The notes below the pieces were generated by a model that was given only the letters and a program-made list of their open reading frames with translations, made no database searches and was not told where the DNA came from. DNA of 64,000 bases from a virus, in IMG/VR virus record IMGVR_UViG_3300050821_004478; one strand, 5' to 3'. Below are positions 1 through 7,245 of the stretch, piece by piece (positions within the stretch are counted from its first letter, which is position 1; each line of letters opens with the position of its first letter). Made by a program: the position numbers and the translations under genes.

Positions 1-90
1 TGGTCGGGGCGAGAGGAATTGAACCTCCAAGGGAGTTTGTCCACCTGCTTCCAAAGCAGGACCGCTGCCAGATTACGGACCTACACCCCG
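1..90 (-). tRNA. Atypical tRNA, Pro(UGG)-like anticodon loop with a 15-nt variable region (90 nt incl. CCA)
   Basis: The reverse complement gives acceptor CGGGGTG/CGCCCCG (C1-G72), A73 and CCA. Anticodon stem CCTGC/GCAGG carries loop TTTGGAA (UGG). T-arm is GGAGG-TTCAATT-CCTCT. The D region (21 nt) does not fold canonically, and 15 nt lie between the anticodon stem and T stem. Confidence 0.55.
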
Positions 91-98
91 ATTAAAGA

Positions 99-172
99 TG
101 GTCGAAGATGTGTGAATCGAACACACGCCACAGGCTTCCGACGCCCGGAGACTACCACTATCAGAACCCTCG
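99..172 (-). tRNA. tRNA-Pro(CGG)
   Basis: The reverse complement is 74 nt. Acceptor CGAGGGT/ATCTTCG has 2 G-U pairs, then A73 and CCA. Anticodon stem CGGGC/GCCTG carries loop GTCGGAA (CGG). T-arm is GTGTG-TTCGATT-CACAC. The D loop contains GG. Confidence 0.75.
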
Positions 173-405
173 ACAGAAAATTTCGCGCTTTCCTCGACGT
201 CGCCTTTCGGCTAGGTGGACTATCTGCACGGTGCTGACCCGTCGCTGGGCCAAAAAATTTGTGTGCCTACCTCGCGGTCGCGGCACCCACGCTCATCCAT
301 TCGCCCTGCGGCGCGACGGTGAGATCGGACGGTTTTAATCACCGACAACCAGAGTCGTTAATCTGAAATCTCAACTTGAAGTCTCTTCATCGTGATACCA
401 TCCTA

Positions 406-624
406 TCACACTTCCCGATCTTTGTCAAGAACTATTTTCAACTTTTTTCTGTGCTCCAGCGGCTTCATGTCCAAGGTGGTCACGGTACCGCAAGAAATGC
501 ACACATAACGGTGGCCGGGGCGAGGACGCATTGTACCACCGCACTCATTGCATTCGAGAAACTTTGGCGGGATGCCGACGCCATTCTTTGCCGGAATCCA
601 GATTTCAGTCTCGACGACCTTCAA
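406..624 (-). CDS. Small zinc-ribbon protein (72 aa)
   Basis: ORF track. Two Cys pairs (CNEC, CISC). TTG start lies 2 nt after the upstream stop. Confidence 0.5.
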   Translation of the reverse strand: MKVVETEIWIPAKNGVGIPPKFLECNECGGTMRPRPGHRYVCISCGTVTTLDMKPLEHRKKLKIVLDKDREV

Positions 625-626
625 GA

Positions 627-914
627 TTAGACGCCCGGGTATTCGTGGGCGAACTTGGGAGCGGCAGGCTGCGTTGTGTGGCGGCCAACCTCTTCCATAC
701 TCGTCGGGAGACCCTTATGCGAACCGTTGGCGCTTACGCCCATCGAGTTCGAACGTCCGGCCTTCAATGCCGCCGCGTCATGAGATGCTTCCGAGACCTT
801 CTCGGCTGCCGGTGTCGCGCGGCCTGGGTACTTGTGTGCGTGAGGCTGATCGTGATCGCAGGGCTTCTCTGGCGCGTGGGCCATAGATGCTGCTGTGGTG
901 TTTGCTCCTGACAT
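627..914 (-). CDS. Hypothetical protein (95 aa)
   Basis: ATG preceded by a GAGGA SD. First gene downstream of the minus-strand promoter at 1065-1093. Confidence 0.45.
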   Translation of the reverse strand: MSGANTTAASMAHAPEKPCDHDQPHAHKYPGRATPAAEKVSEASHDAAALKAGRSNSMGVSANGSHKGLPTSMEEVGRHTTQPAAPKFAHEYPGV

Positions 915-1064
915 TTTCTCATTCCTCGGGCTATCTCACCCTTTCGGGACTGAGCCATGCCCTTCATACGTAAAATTTTGGGGTGCCGACCTCGACTTGC
1001 ACGAGGACCTGCGCCGTCACAAGGCGACGTGCTACTTTGACACTATTGGCACACCGTGACAAAA

Positions 1065-1093
1065 ACTATACCACGGAAGCCGAGTGTTGTCAA
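1065..1093 (-). promoter_or_regulatory. Sigma70-type promoter TTGACA-17-TATAGT (minus strand)
   Basis: Reverse complement reads TTGACA acactcggcttccgtgg TATAGT. Spacing is exactly 17 bp. Confidence 0.6.
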
Positions 1094-1100
1094 GAACTTT

Positions 1101-1274
1101 TTACAGAAGCGCCTTCACGCGGGCAACGACTGCCTTTGCGTCAGCTACCACCTCTGCTTCAATCTTCGCGATCTCGGTCTTGACAGCACTAAGCTTCAAG
1201 TTTGCCGGATGCTTTACGCGGCCCAGGCCGAAGCCTCCCGCGAGCATTGCGACTGCAATGAGAAAGTGAAACAT
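1101..1274 (-). CDS. Small membrane-anchored protein (57 aa; below ORF-track cutoff)
   Basis: ATG at 1274 preceded by TAAGGAG. Translation is MFHFLIAVAMLAGGFGLGRVKHPANLKLSAVKTEIAKIEAEVVADAKAVVARVKALL, a hydrophobic N-terminus followed by an amphipathic helix. Confidence 0.55.
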   Translation of the reverse strand: MFHFLIAVAMLAGGFGLGRVKHPANLKLSAVKTEIAKIEAEVVADAKAVVARVKALL

Positions 1275-1283
1275 GGAATCTCC

Positions 1284-1652
1284 TTAATTGTTTGGACCGT
1301 GTGTCTTGTGCTTTTCTTCGTGCTCGTTGATCGGGTGACGGTTCAACCCGGTCTGCTTCTGCTGCTGGCGAATCGTGGTGTTGAGTTCTGACTTCGCTTC
1401 CGTAACTTGCTGGACCGGAGGCGTCGCGCGTCCCGGGTAACTCTGCCCGCCTACTTCCTTCTGGTTCTCGCCGGACCCGCCTGCTGCGGCCTCGGTCGGA
1501 GTTCGATGATAGATAGCATACGATGGGCTGTACTTTGCCACCTTGTCGTCGCCGTAGTATGTCGGCTTGTAATCCTTGGGGTCGCCGTCCGCACCATGTT
1601 CGAAGGTATCGCTGGCTCCCGGTGCTATGCTCTTGCTAGTTGCGTCGCTCAT
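1284..1652 (-). CDS. Hypothetical protein (122 aa)
   Basis: Internal ATG (MSDATSK...) overlaps the upstream stop as ATGA. The longer track ORF start would overlap the neighbouring gene. Confidence 0.5.
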   Translation of the reverse strand: MSDATSKSIAPGASDTFEHGADGDPKDYKPTYYGDDKVAKYSPSYAIYHRTPTEAAAGGSGENQKEVGGQSYPGRATPPVQQVTEAKSELNTTIRQQQKQTGLNRHPINEHEEKHKTHGPNN

Positions 1653-1837
1653 GAATTGTACCCACTTGCCACCACTACTGGCTGAAATACTGCAGGCTGT
1701 CCGCAATAGCGACAGCGTCCGCATCCGGGGCAAACTGTCAGCGGAGCCGGTGGATAACCCGGAACCGTGTACTGCGTCGGAAGCGGGGCCGTCTGTGTCG
1801 GCATATTCGGTATGTATACGTTCTGATCGTCCATCAT
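1649..1837 (-). CDS. Pro-rich small protein with CxxCxxCxxC motif (62 aa)
   Basis: ORF track. ATGA coupling at both ends. Confidence 0.5.
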   Translation of the reverse strand: MMDDQNVYIPNMPTQTAPLPTQYTVPGYPPAPLTVCPGCGRCRYCGQPAVFQPVVVASGYNS

Positions 1838-2019
1838 GAATTCTTCTTGTGCTCCATTAATCTTCCGCCTGTCAATCCTGCCGGGTCCTTTCCGCGCATT
1901 ACCGCGCGCATGGAACTTCCCTTGAATTCGTAAACTCGTTGACCATCCGGATTCTCAAAGGTTACTCGGACGGTGTTGTTGTCGATCTTCTGTTTGTCGA
2001 CGATGTTCTTCTTGCTCAT
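1834..2019 (-). CDS. Hypothetical protein (61 aa)
   Basis: Start chosen at MSKKN with a GAAGG SD. The longer track ORF overlaps the neighbour. Confidence 0.45.
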   Translation of the reverse strand: MSKKNIVDKQKIDNNTVRVTFENPDGQRVYEFKGSSMRAVMRGKDPAGLTGGRLMEHKKNS

Positions 2020-2098
2020 ATCTTCTAACCTTCGGAGCATTGCGCGCTTCGCCGCCGCGATAGGGCAACCTCGGCAAACGGAATACTGACCACAGCAT

Positions 2099-2290
2099 CT
2101 ACTCGACGTGTCCTCTTTCGATAGCGATTCGCTCTTCTGCATTGGGTAAATCCATTGGACTATGCGGCAGACCGTGATTGCGTTCGATGTACTCCGCGAA
2201 ACACGCGCGGCACGGTTTACCCTCGTTGTGCACATGCGGCCCGGGGTCGCCCATATAATGTGTGATACCGTGTTCTGGGCAAACATTCAT
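2099..2290 (-). CDS. Hypothetical Cys/His-containing protein (63 aa)
   Basis: Start at MNVCPEH overlaps the upstream stop (ATGA). Confidence 0.5.
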   Translation of the reverse strand: MNVCPEHGITHYMGDPGPHVHNEGKPCRACFAEYIERNHGLPHSPMDLPNAEERIAIERGHVE

Positions 2291-2538
2291 AACGGACTCT
2301 GATAGAACACGAACCACCGGGTGATCTTCGGTTCCTCGCCATCCCATGACTTGAATGTGAATCTGATGCCAGCGGGTATGATGTACGTCTGCTTACCCGT
2401 GCTGACTTCCACTTCATGCTTGCTGAGATTGTGAAACTCGAAAGTCTTCTTGAAGTCGCCTGGGTCCATCGTGACACAGCACTGAATGCCTGCCTCGGTG
2501 CATACGCGATTTAACTCGTCGCTGACGTAGTTAGGCAT
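2287..2538 (-). CDS. Hypothetical protein (83 aa)
   Basis: ORF track. Has an 8-nt overlap with the upstream gene. Confidence 0.55.
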   Translation of the reverse strand: MPNYVSDELNRVCTEAGIQCCVTMDPGDFKKTFEFHNLSKHEVEVSTGKQTYIIPAGIRFTFKSWDGEEPKITRWFVFYQSPL

Positions 2539-2776
2539 CGGGGTTGCCCCGGTTAATCATCGTGACACTCGGTAACGAATTTCGGTTCATCGAAAGATCG
2601 TAGTTGCTAACCTTGATCGTAATCTTCTCGCCCGGTTCCAAGTATGCAGTCCGGTCGCCGTATTTGATCTTCGCTAGCCTGATGCCTTTGTTCTCGAAGT
2701 TATACCAGACAGCGTGATCGAGTGAATCTTGATAGGAGGCGATATTGAGACCGAGGTGTTCGTATTCTTCTCTCAT
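2531..2776 (-). CDS. Hypothetical protein (81 aa)
   Basis: ORF track. ATGA coupling. Confidence 0.55.
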   Translation of the reverse strand: MREEYEHLGLNIASYQDSLDHAVWYNFENKGIRLAKIKYGDRTAYLEPGEKITIKVSNYDLSMNRNSLPSVTMINRGNPDA

Positions 2777-3111
2777 ACGGCCAACTCTCGAATACTGAGT
2801 CCGGCCTGTCGGCTTAACTCTGCTGCGGCGTCTGAGACCATCCTGTCTATCGACTCATTCACTGAGACCATGCTGAAACTTGCGTAGTCACGGTAATCGA
2901 GAACTTTGCAGGTGCAGCCCTTGGTTCGATTGCAGCCGCACTCCATAACGTTCTCATGACAGTAATCGCAAGCGCCTTCCCAGAAGCTACGTCCGCTGCA
3001 GGAGCAACACGTTTCCACGCAAGCGGGTCCCATTGCGAGAAGGGTGCTTGGGGCGGCTGCCGCTACGGCAGTGCCGAGTCCCAACCATCGGAAAAACTTT
3101 CGGCGGTTCAT
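2773..3111 (-). CDS. Tat-signal, cysteine-rich exported protein (112 aa)
   Basis: The N-terminus MNRRKFFRWLGLGTAVAAAAP matches the twin-arginine pattern (RRxFF plus an h-region). The following ~50 aa carry 12 Cys (CVETCCSCSG...CDYC...CGC...CTC). Confidence 0.6.
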   Translation of the reverse strand: MNRRKFFRWLGLGTAVAAAAPSTLLAMGPACVETCCSCSGRSFWEGACDYCHENVMECGCNRTKGCTCKVLDYRDYASFSMVSVNESIDRMVSDAAAELSRQAGLSIRELAV

Positions 3112-3932
3112 GCCTTCACAGCGAGGTACAAATACATTGACCCAAGATTTGGGCCGCCCGAGAGGACGAACCGGTCGCCACGCTTCATGGTGATCTCTAG
3201 ACCGAAACTTTTCTGTTCCACATTGGCAATCTCGGTATAAGGCTCCGAGACAGTGAAGATATCAAACTCCTTCTCGTCTTCTAACAACAGTTTGTTGCCT
3301 CGGAAGCGAACCGCGAATCCGCAATAGTTAACAGACGCGCGAGGCTTCGCGCTTGGCGCGGGATTTCCATTTGTTAGCAGTCGGGCGATGAATGACTCCA
3401 ATTTAGCAAGACGCTCCTCCAAATTGGTTGTCGTGTCGTAAACGCCGGTCAACTTCTTGTTGACCCAAACGTGGTCGGACGGAAGAGATGGCGGCGCGGG
3501 TGCAGGCATGCGAACAAGATTCTTCGCTCGCTCCACTAAATCACTTGTAAACTTCTCGACCTCGGTGACGCGGTCGGACAGCTTGTGGTCTGCGCGGTCA
3601 AGCTTGGCAACATCGTCGGAAACCTGGGCGAATGCCTTCGCGGTTGAATCGCGGAAATTTATGATGGCCTGAACGTTGTTCTGGTCGCGAAGGGTCTGCG
3701 CGGCCTCGCGCTTGTCAGCGACCTGCTCGCGCGTCTTGATAATCGTGACCGTATCGTCGGCCAGCGTCTTTAGCTTAACGACGTCTTCCGCTAGAGTTCC
3801 GGTGCGGAGGCGGGTCTCGTCGCGGAGCGTCAGTACAGCGGCAGCGGTCTGGCCAGATTGCAGCCCGACGCGGTTCAGTCGATCTTGAAGCTTCGCGATC
3901 AATGCAGCGAGTTTGCTGTTTACAGTTGACAT
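3108..3932 (-). CDS. Coiled-coil protein with beta-rich C-terminal domain (fibre / receptor-binding-like)
   Basis: 274 aa. Heptad-like N-terminal ~150 aa, then a second short coil, then a globular C-terminus. AAGGAAGGA SD. Confidence 0.5.
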   Translation of the reverse strand: MSTVNSKLAALIAKLQDRLNRVGLQSGQTAAAVLTLRDETRLRTGTLAEDVVKLKTLADDTVTIIKTREQVADKREAAQTLRDQNNVQAIINFRDSTAKAFAQVSDDVAKLDRADHKLSDRVTEVEKFTSDLVERAKNLVRMPAPAPPSLPSDHVWVNKKLTGVYDTTTNLEERLAKLESFIARLLTNGNPAPSAKPRASVNYCGFAVRFRGNKLLLEDEKEFDIFTVSEPYTEIANVEQKSFGLEITMKRGDRFVLSGGPNLGSMYLYLAVKA

Positions 3933-3944
3933 TGGGTCCTTCCT

Positions 3945-4646
3945 TTACTTTCCGCGTTTGCGGGATTGGGTCTTTCTCTTTCGAATCTTGCTCTTCACAG
4001 GTTCTAGTGCGGGAACGGCATCGTGCGCTGTTACCACCGCTTTCAATACGTGATGAGGCGGATTGCTCTTCGCTCGCTGATAAGCTTCGGCTATGCCGCG
4101 CTCGACTATCGAGTCCGGGGCCTCGATTGGGTCCGGGTGAGGAAGGACCGCGCCGAGGATTGGGTCATTGGGCTTGATGCGCCCATTCTCCACCCCTTGC
4201 TGAATGCTCTTCCAAAACATGTCCGTCGATTCTCTAATGCGTTGACGGTATGCGTCTGAGTACTCTGGTACAGGTCCCGGGTCAATTGGGACGCGCGACC
4301 CGCCCTTTACAAGAAAGTGTTCTTCGGCTCTGGCTGGGTGGTTGGTGCTGGGAAAGTCGTACAACTCGTTGAACGCGCTGGTCAGCGCCGTCTCGTCGGA
4401 GCGAATCTTTAAACCACAGTTATAAAGGCACTTGATCTCGGTGACGCCAGTCGGGAACGTGAAGATGCTGAGATTGTAATCCTTCCCAGGTCCAGAGATC
4501 GAGGTGCGGCGACCGCCACCCTTGAGATGGGAGCAGGCGAACCGGAGTCTAGCCTTGAATAGCTGGAGCACACCGGCGAGGGTGTATCTTCCTGGAGCGA
4601 ACTTCTCTAGTTGCTCAACGAGGAACTGCTCAACCGTTTGGGTCAT
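3945..4646 (-). CDS. Hypothetical protein with Lys/Arg-rich C-terminal tail (233 aa)
   Basis: Start at MTQTVEQ with an AGGA SD. The track start at 4754 would overlap the HNH gene. Confidence 0.55.
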   Translation of the reverse strand: MTQTVEQFLVEQLEKFAPGRYTLAGVLQLFKARLRFACSHLKGGGRRTSISGPGKDYNLSIFTFPTGVTEIKCLYNCGLKIRSDETALTSAFNELYDFPSTNHPARAEEHFLVKGGSRVPIDPGPVPEYSDAYRQRIRESTDMFWKSIQQGVENGRIKPNDPILGAVLPHPDPIEAPDSIVERGIAEAYQRAKSNPPHHVLKAVVTAHDAVPALEPVKSKIRKRKTQSRKRGK

Positions 4647-4687
4647 TGGGTACGTCCTATCCCGGCACGGGGCCGGGGATTGTGAAA

Positions 4688-5095
4688 CTAAAAACAACGG
4701 TAGCCATCGCCGTGTTCTTCGACTCGGTGACAATTGGCACAGAGTAGAATGCACTTTGCGATTTCATCTACCAAAATTTGAAGTGTGCGGCCTTCGTTGG
4801 CTATGCGGCTAATCGCGCCGCGTTTTGCGATTTTATCTAAGTGATGATAATCTAAACAGTTCGGCCTGCGCTCTGGGCATCTGCTACAGCCTTTCAACTT
4901 ATCTCGATAGACGTATTCTCGGTTTCTTATTTTGCGCGCCGCGTAGGCGCGCTTTTCTTTAGCGCGTCGACCAGCACTCTTCCCATGCTGCTTGGTGTAA
5001 CGCTTCTTTCCAGCATTTTGGGCACACCGGAACTTGCAATAAATCTGCGTTGGGATACCGGTGAACTCTTTCCTGCAATGCGGGCAAACCCTCAT
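4688..5095 (-). CDS. HNH endonuclease (135 aa)
   Basis: Motifs 'LDYHHLD' and 'LLCANCHRVEEH' plus an N-terminal CxxC...C zinc ribbon. Start MRVCPHC is preceded by a GAGGAGGAG SD. Confidence 0.75.
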   Translation of the reverse strand: MRVCPHCRKEFTGIPTQIYCKFRCAQNAGKKRYTKQHGKSAGRRAKEKRAYAARKIRNREYVYRDKLKGCSRCPERRPNCLDYHHLDKIAKRGAISRIANEGRTLQILVDEIAKCILLCANCHRVEEHGDGYRCF

Positions 5096-5185
5096 GACTC
5101 CTCCTCGAAAGGAGACGGACGCGGGTTCGAGGCCCTCGTCCGACATGCGCCCCAGGAATGACCCGAGACGTTCCTAGACTTAAAA

Positions 5186-5214
5186 ACTGTACCACACTGC
5201 TGCAGCCGCGTCAA
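5186..5214 (-). promoter_or_regulatory. Sigma70-type promoter TTGACG-17-TACAGT (minus strand)
   Basis: Reverse complement reads TTGACG cggctgcagcagtgtgg TACAGT. Positioned upstream of the leftward operon. Confidence 0.55.
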
Positions 5215-5370
5215 GTAGAAAGACGGGTAGGTGGAGACTGCCCCCGGGTAGCTGCCGGGGCGGGTATGTGACATCCCCCAGGTAGAGAAGCGGTTGCCAC
5301 GAATACGCGGGCGACCGTCGAAAGGGGCTTTGGGGCGTTTGCGTGTCCGGTAGTCCGCCCGGTCTCCGAA

Positions 5371-5431
5371 TTGCTGGGGGAGCAAATGCGATGCCAATGT
5401 CGCCGCTAAATGCTAAGTCGTTTGTTTTCAA
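5371..5431. repeat. Copy 1 of ~33-bp direct repeat plus 14-bp arm tcgtttgttttcaa
   Basis: ttgctgggggagcaaatgcgatgccaatgtcgc resembles 5585-5617. The arm at 5418-5431 is the inverted complement of 5624-5637. Confidence 0.7.
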
Positions 5432-5477
5432 TGGCGCTAAGGAAGTCCGGATTGGACCTGCGCGCCGCGCGCGGTCG

Positions 5478-5496
5478 AATCGTTGCATCGTTGCAC
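5478..5496. repeat. Tandem ATCGTTGCA iteron-like motif
   Basis: aatcgttgca tcgttgca. Related ATCGTTG copies occur at 5601, 5620, 6162 and, inverted, at 5971. Confidence 0.5.
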
Positions 5497-5584
5497 GCTT
5501 GGCAGTTAATGCGCTATTAACTGACAAACGGCGAGATCGAGGCTAAGTGCTGTCGAATCAGTGATTTACGCTTTGGCCATTGGC

Positions 5585-5637
5585 TTGCTAGGGGAGCAAA
5601 ATCGTTGCCAATCTCGCAGATCGTTGAAAACAAACGA
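5585..5637. repeat. Copy 2 of the direct repeat plus inverted arm ttgaaaacaaacga
   Basis: ttgctaggggagcaaaatcgttgccaatctcgc followed by the inverted arm. Confidence 0.7.
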
Positions 5638-5904
5638 GTTACGCGACGAAAACTCGCGATCAGGAATTTTCTGACAACTTCGCGGCGCTCTCGCGCTCTC
5701 GACATGTGTCAGTAAATGCTTTCGTTTGTTCAACTTATGAGTGATGCCGAGCGTTTCAATTGGGTTGGCTCGAAATGAGTCGTCACCCGGCCACGTCACC
5801 TGCAACCTGTCAATAGAGGTTCGAGAAGGGTCATGTTTTGATTTGTGTCCGAAATATGCTGCGCGCTCCGGACGCGACGCGCTGGCCCAGGATTATGTCA
5901 TTGA

Positions 5905-5922
5905 CAACATTTTTATCCTAGG
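5905..5922. repeat. Outer inverted-repeat arm (18 bp, perfect) caacatttttatcctagg
   Basis: Exact reverse complement of 6247-6264. Confidence 0.85.
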
Positions 5923-5981
5923 TTTCGGTCGCGCGCTCTAATAATCGGCTGCAAGTGCCTTTGTTTGCAACAAACGATTCT

Positions 5982-6019
5982 GACACAAAAGCGGCTCCCT
6001 GCGTTATACATAGACGTTT
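5982..6019. repeat. Inner inverted-repeat arm (~38 bp, ~80% identity)
   Basis: gacacaaaagcggctccctgcgttatacatagacgttt compared with the reverse complement of 6161-6199. Confidence 0.7.
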
Positions 6020-6160
6020 CAACAAGATGCGAACCACGCGCCAAAGTAGCTAGATCAAACTGGTCTCGATTACGATGGCCGAGCAGGTCGCGCGCTCTAT
6101 GCTCTATGCTATGAAACCTTTTTGTGTGTTATATATGATATTCTGTCTATGACACTTTCA

Positions 6161-6199
6161 AATCGTTTGTGTATAACGCAGGAGGCCACTTTTGTGTCG
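6161..6199. repeat. Inner inverted-repeat arm (partner of 5982-6019)
   Basis: The reverse complement reads cgacacaaaagtggcctcctgcgttatacacaaacgatt. Confidence 0.7.
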
Positions 6200-6246
6200 G
6201 CGTAAGTTGTTGATTCTATTAGCAAATTTTTTGAGTATACCTGACA

Positions 6247-6264
6247 CCTAGGATAAAAATGTTG
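6247..6264. repeat. Outer inverted-repeat arm cctaggataaaaatgttg
   Basis: Exact reverse complement of 5905-5922. Lies 11 bp upstream of the -35 of the rightward promoter. Confidence 0.85.
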
Positions 6265-6274
6265 AAGAAAATGC

Positions 6275-6303
6275 TTGACAATGCACCAGAATCGTGCTAT
6301 CAT
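6275..6303 (+). promoter_or_regulatory. Sigma70-type promoter TTGACA-17-TATCAT with TGn extension
   Basis: ttgaca atgcaccagaatcgtgc tatcat. Upstream of the first rightward gene. Confidence 0.7.
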
Positions 6304-6332
6304 CATAAATTGGTCGAATTCTAGGAGGAAGC

Positions 6333-6626
6333 ATGAACATCAAAGAGCGTTTGATTCGCAAGATACAGGAAGCAAACAAGCCGGTCAGCCGTCATGAGTT
6401 AATCGAGGCATTCGACAAGTCGCGACGCGCCCGGGCATCGCAAGAGCTTTCGAACCTAATAGGCGCTGGATACGTGAACGTGTTAGGCACAGGCCGCCGA
6501 GGCAGCCCTATTAGAATCGCACCCAATAAAACTTGGCCGTTCAACAAGTGTGCGTTATGCGGTCACGTAAATTACCCCGATATCGAGGCAAACCAAAGTA
6601 CTATTGACAGCCCGACGAAGGCATGA
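6333..6626 (+). CDS. Winged-helix-like DNA-binding protein (97 aa), candidate early regulator
   Basis: TAGGAGGAAGC SD. The N-terminal 60 aa follow a helix-turn-helix pattern like MarR/LexA-type wHTH. C-terminal CxxC. Confidence 0.45.
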   Translation: MNIKERLIRKIQEANKPVSRHELIEAFDKSRRARASQELSNLIGAGYVNVLGTGRRGSPIRIAPNKTWPFNKCALCGHVNYPDIEANQSTIDSPTKA

Positions 6627-6632
6627 GACGAT
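6604..6632 (+). promoter_or_regulatory. Promoter AAAGTACTA-TTGACA-17-GACGAT
   Basis: Shares the upstream aaagtactattgaca block with the promoters at 11704 and 13117. The -10 ends 7 nt before ATG 6639. Confidence 0.5.
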
Positions 6633-6638
6633 GCATAC

Positions 6639-6806
6639 ATGAGCAAACGAGTCGACATTAAGGCCGTCCTGGCAAACCCAGTGTTGCGCCGCAAACTGAT
6701 GGTCGCTTGCATCATAGCAACCCAGGCCCGAGAAGGCATCACAACAACGCAAGCGCAAGCCGAGGCAGCGTACGACAAAGTCTTGAAGGAGAAAGGCAGG
6801 GCATAA
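6639..6806 (+). CDS. Hypothetical protein (55 aa; below track cutoff)
   Basis: Translation MSKRVDIKAVLANPVLRRKLMVACIIATQAREGITTTQAQAEAAYDKVLKEKGRA. Stop overlaps the next ATG (TAATG). No SD, so possibly leaderless. Confidence 0.4.
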   Translation: MSKRVDIKAVLANPVLRRKLMVACIIATQAREGITTTQAQAEAAYDKVLKEKGRA

Positions 6807-7036
6807 TGGAATTCACCAGCACGGTAATCCGACTCATGAGCTTAATCGAGGTCCGCAAAGAGCACGAAGACTTGAGCGAGGTGGCGCACAAAATCGACCG
6901 CTTGCTCGCAAAACAAATCGACCGCGTCAAGGTCAATGTGATGACACATACCTTCGACGCTCTCGATTATTTCAACACCAACGAGTGGACACCGGAAACT
7001 GCACGTCAGCAGAAAGGCGGAACGTACGGCACATGA
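6806..7036 (+). CDS. Hypothetical protein (76 aa)
   Basis: Start MEFTSTV coupled by TAATG. In frame with track ORF 6707..7036. Confidence 0.55.
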   Translation: MEFTSTVIRLMSLIEVRKEHEDLSEVAHKIDRLLAKQIDRVKVNVMTHTFDALDYFNTNEWTPETARQQKGGTYGT

Positions 7037-7245
7037 CCGACACATTCACATTCCCCAACACCGACGCAGGCGCGGAGCAGCGCACGCGGTTAGCCATTAT
7101 CATGAATGTGCAAGGCCGCGAGTGCACCGCGTTCACAGAGACCTGGGTCGACGGTAAACAAAGCACCACAGTCCTAAGGCTGAATGTCAGCAAGCGGCCC
7201 GATGAAGGTCAGATAGCAGCAGCGATGAAAGCGAGGAAGCCATGA
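7033..7245 (+). CDS. Hypothetical protein (70 aa)
   Basis: Start MTDTFTF overlaps the upstream stop (ATGA). Confidence 0.55.
   Translation: MTDTFTFPNTDAGAEQRTRLAIIMNVQGRECTAFTETWVDGKQSTTVLRLNVSKRPDEGQIAAAMKARKP

Noticed and set aside
1-90. Window-initial tRNA as a prophage attachment site (attL/attR)
   Set aside because: The integrase is 51 kb away and not adjacent. I did not find a second copy of the tRNA 3' segment elsewhere in the window. Two tandem tRNAs co-oriented with the adjacent phage operon look more like phage-encoded tRNAs. This cannot be excluded without flanking sequence.
176-400. GC-rich structured stretch upstream (minus-strand sense) of the tRNAs, considered as a third tRNA, tmRNA or RNase P-like RNA
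   Set aside because: I found no T-loop or acceptor signature and no recognisable conserved core. Only short hairpins are present, for example gcc-tttc-ggc (gcc-gaaa-ggc in minus-strand sense). Left unannotated.
5180-5941. Track ORFs in the 5.1-6.3 kb region (e.g. 5180..5527-, 5566..5805-, 5343..5546+, 5741..5941+)
   Set aside because: They have no SD sequences and Arg/Pro/Ser-skewed, low-complexity translations. They overlap each other on both strands, and the region is dominated by direct and inverted repeats.
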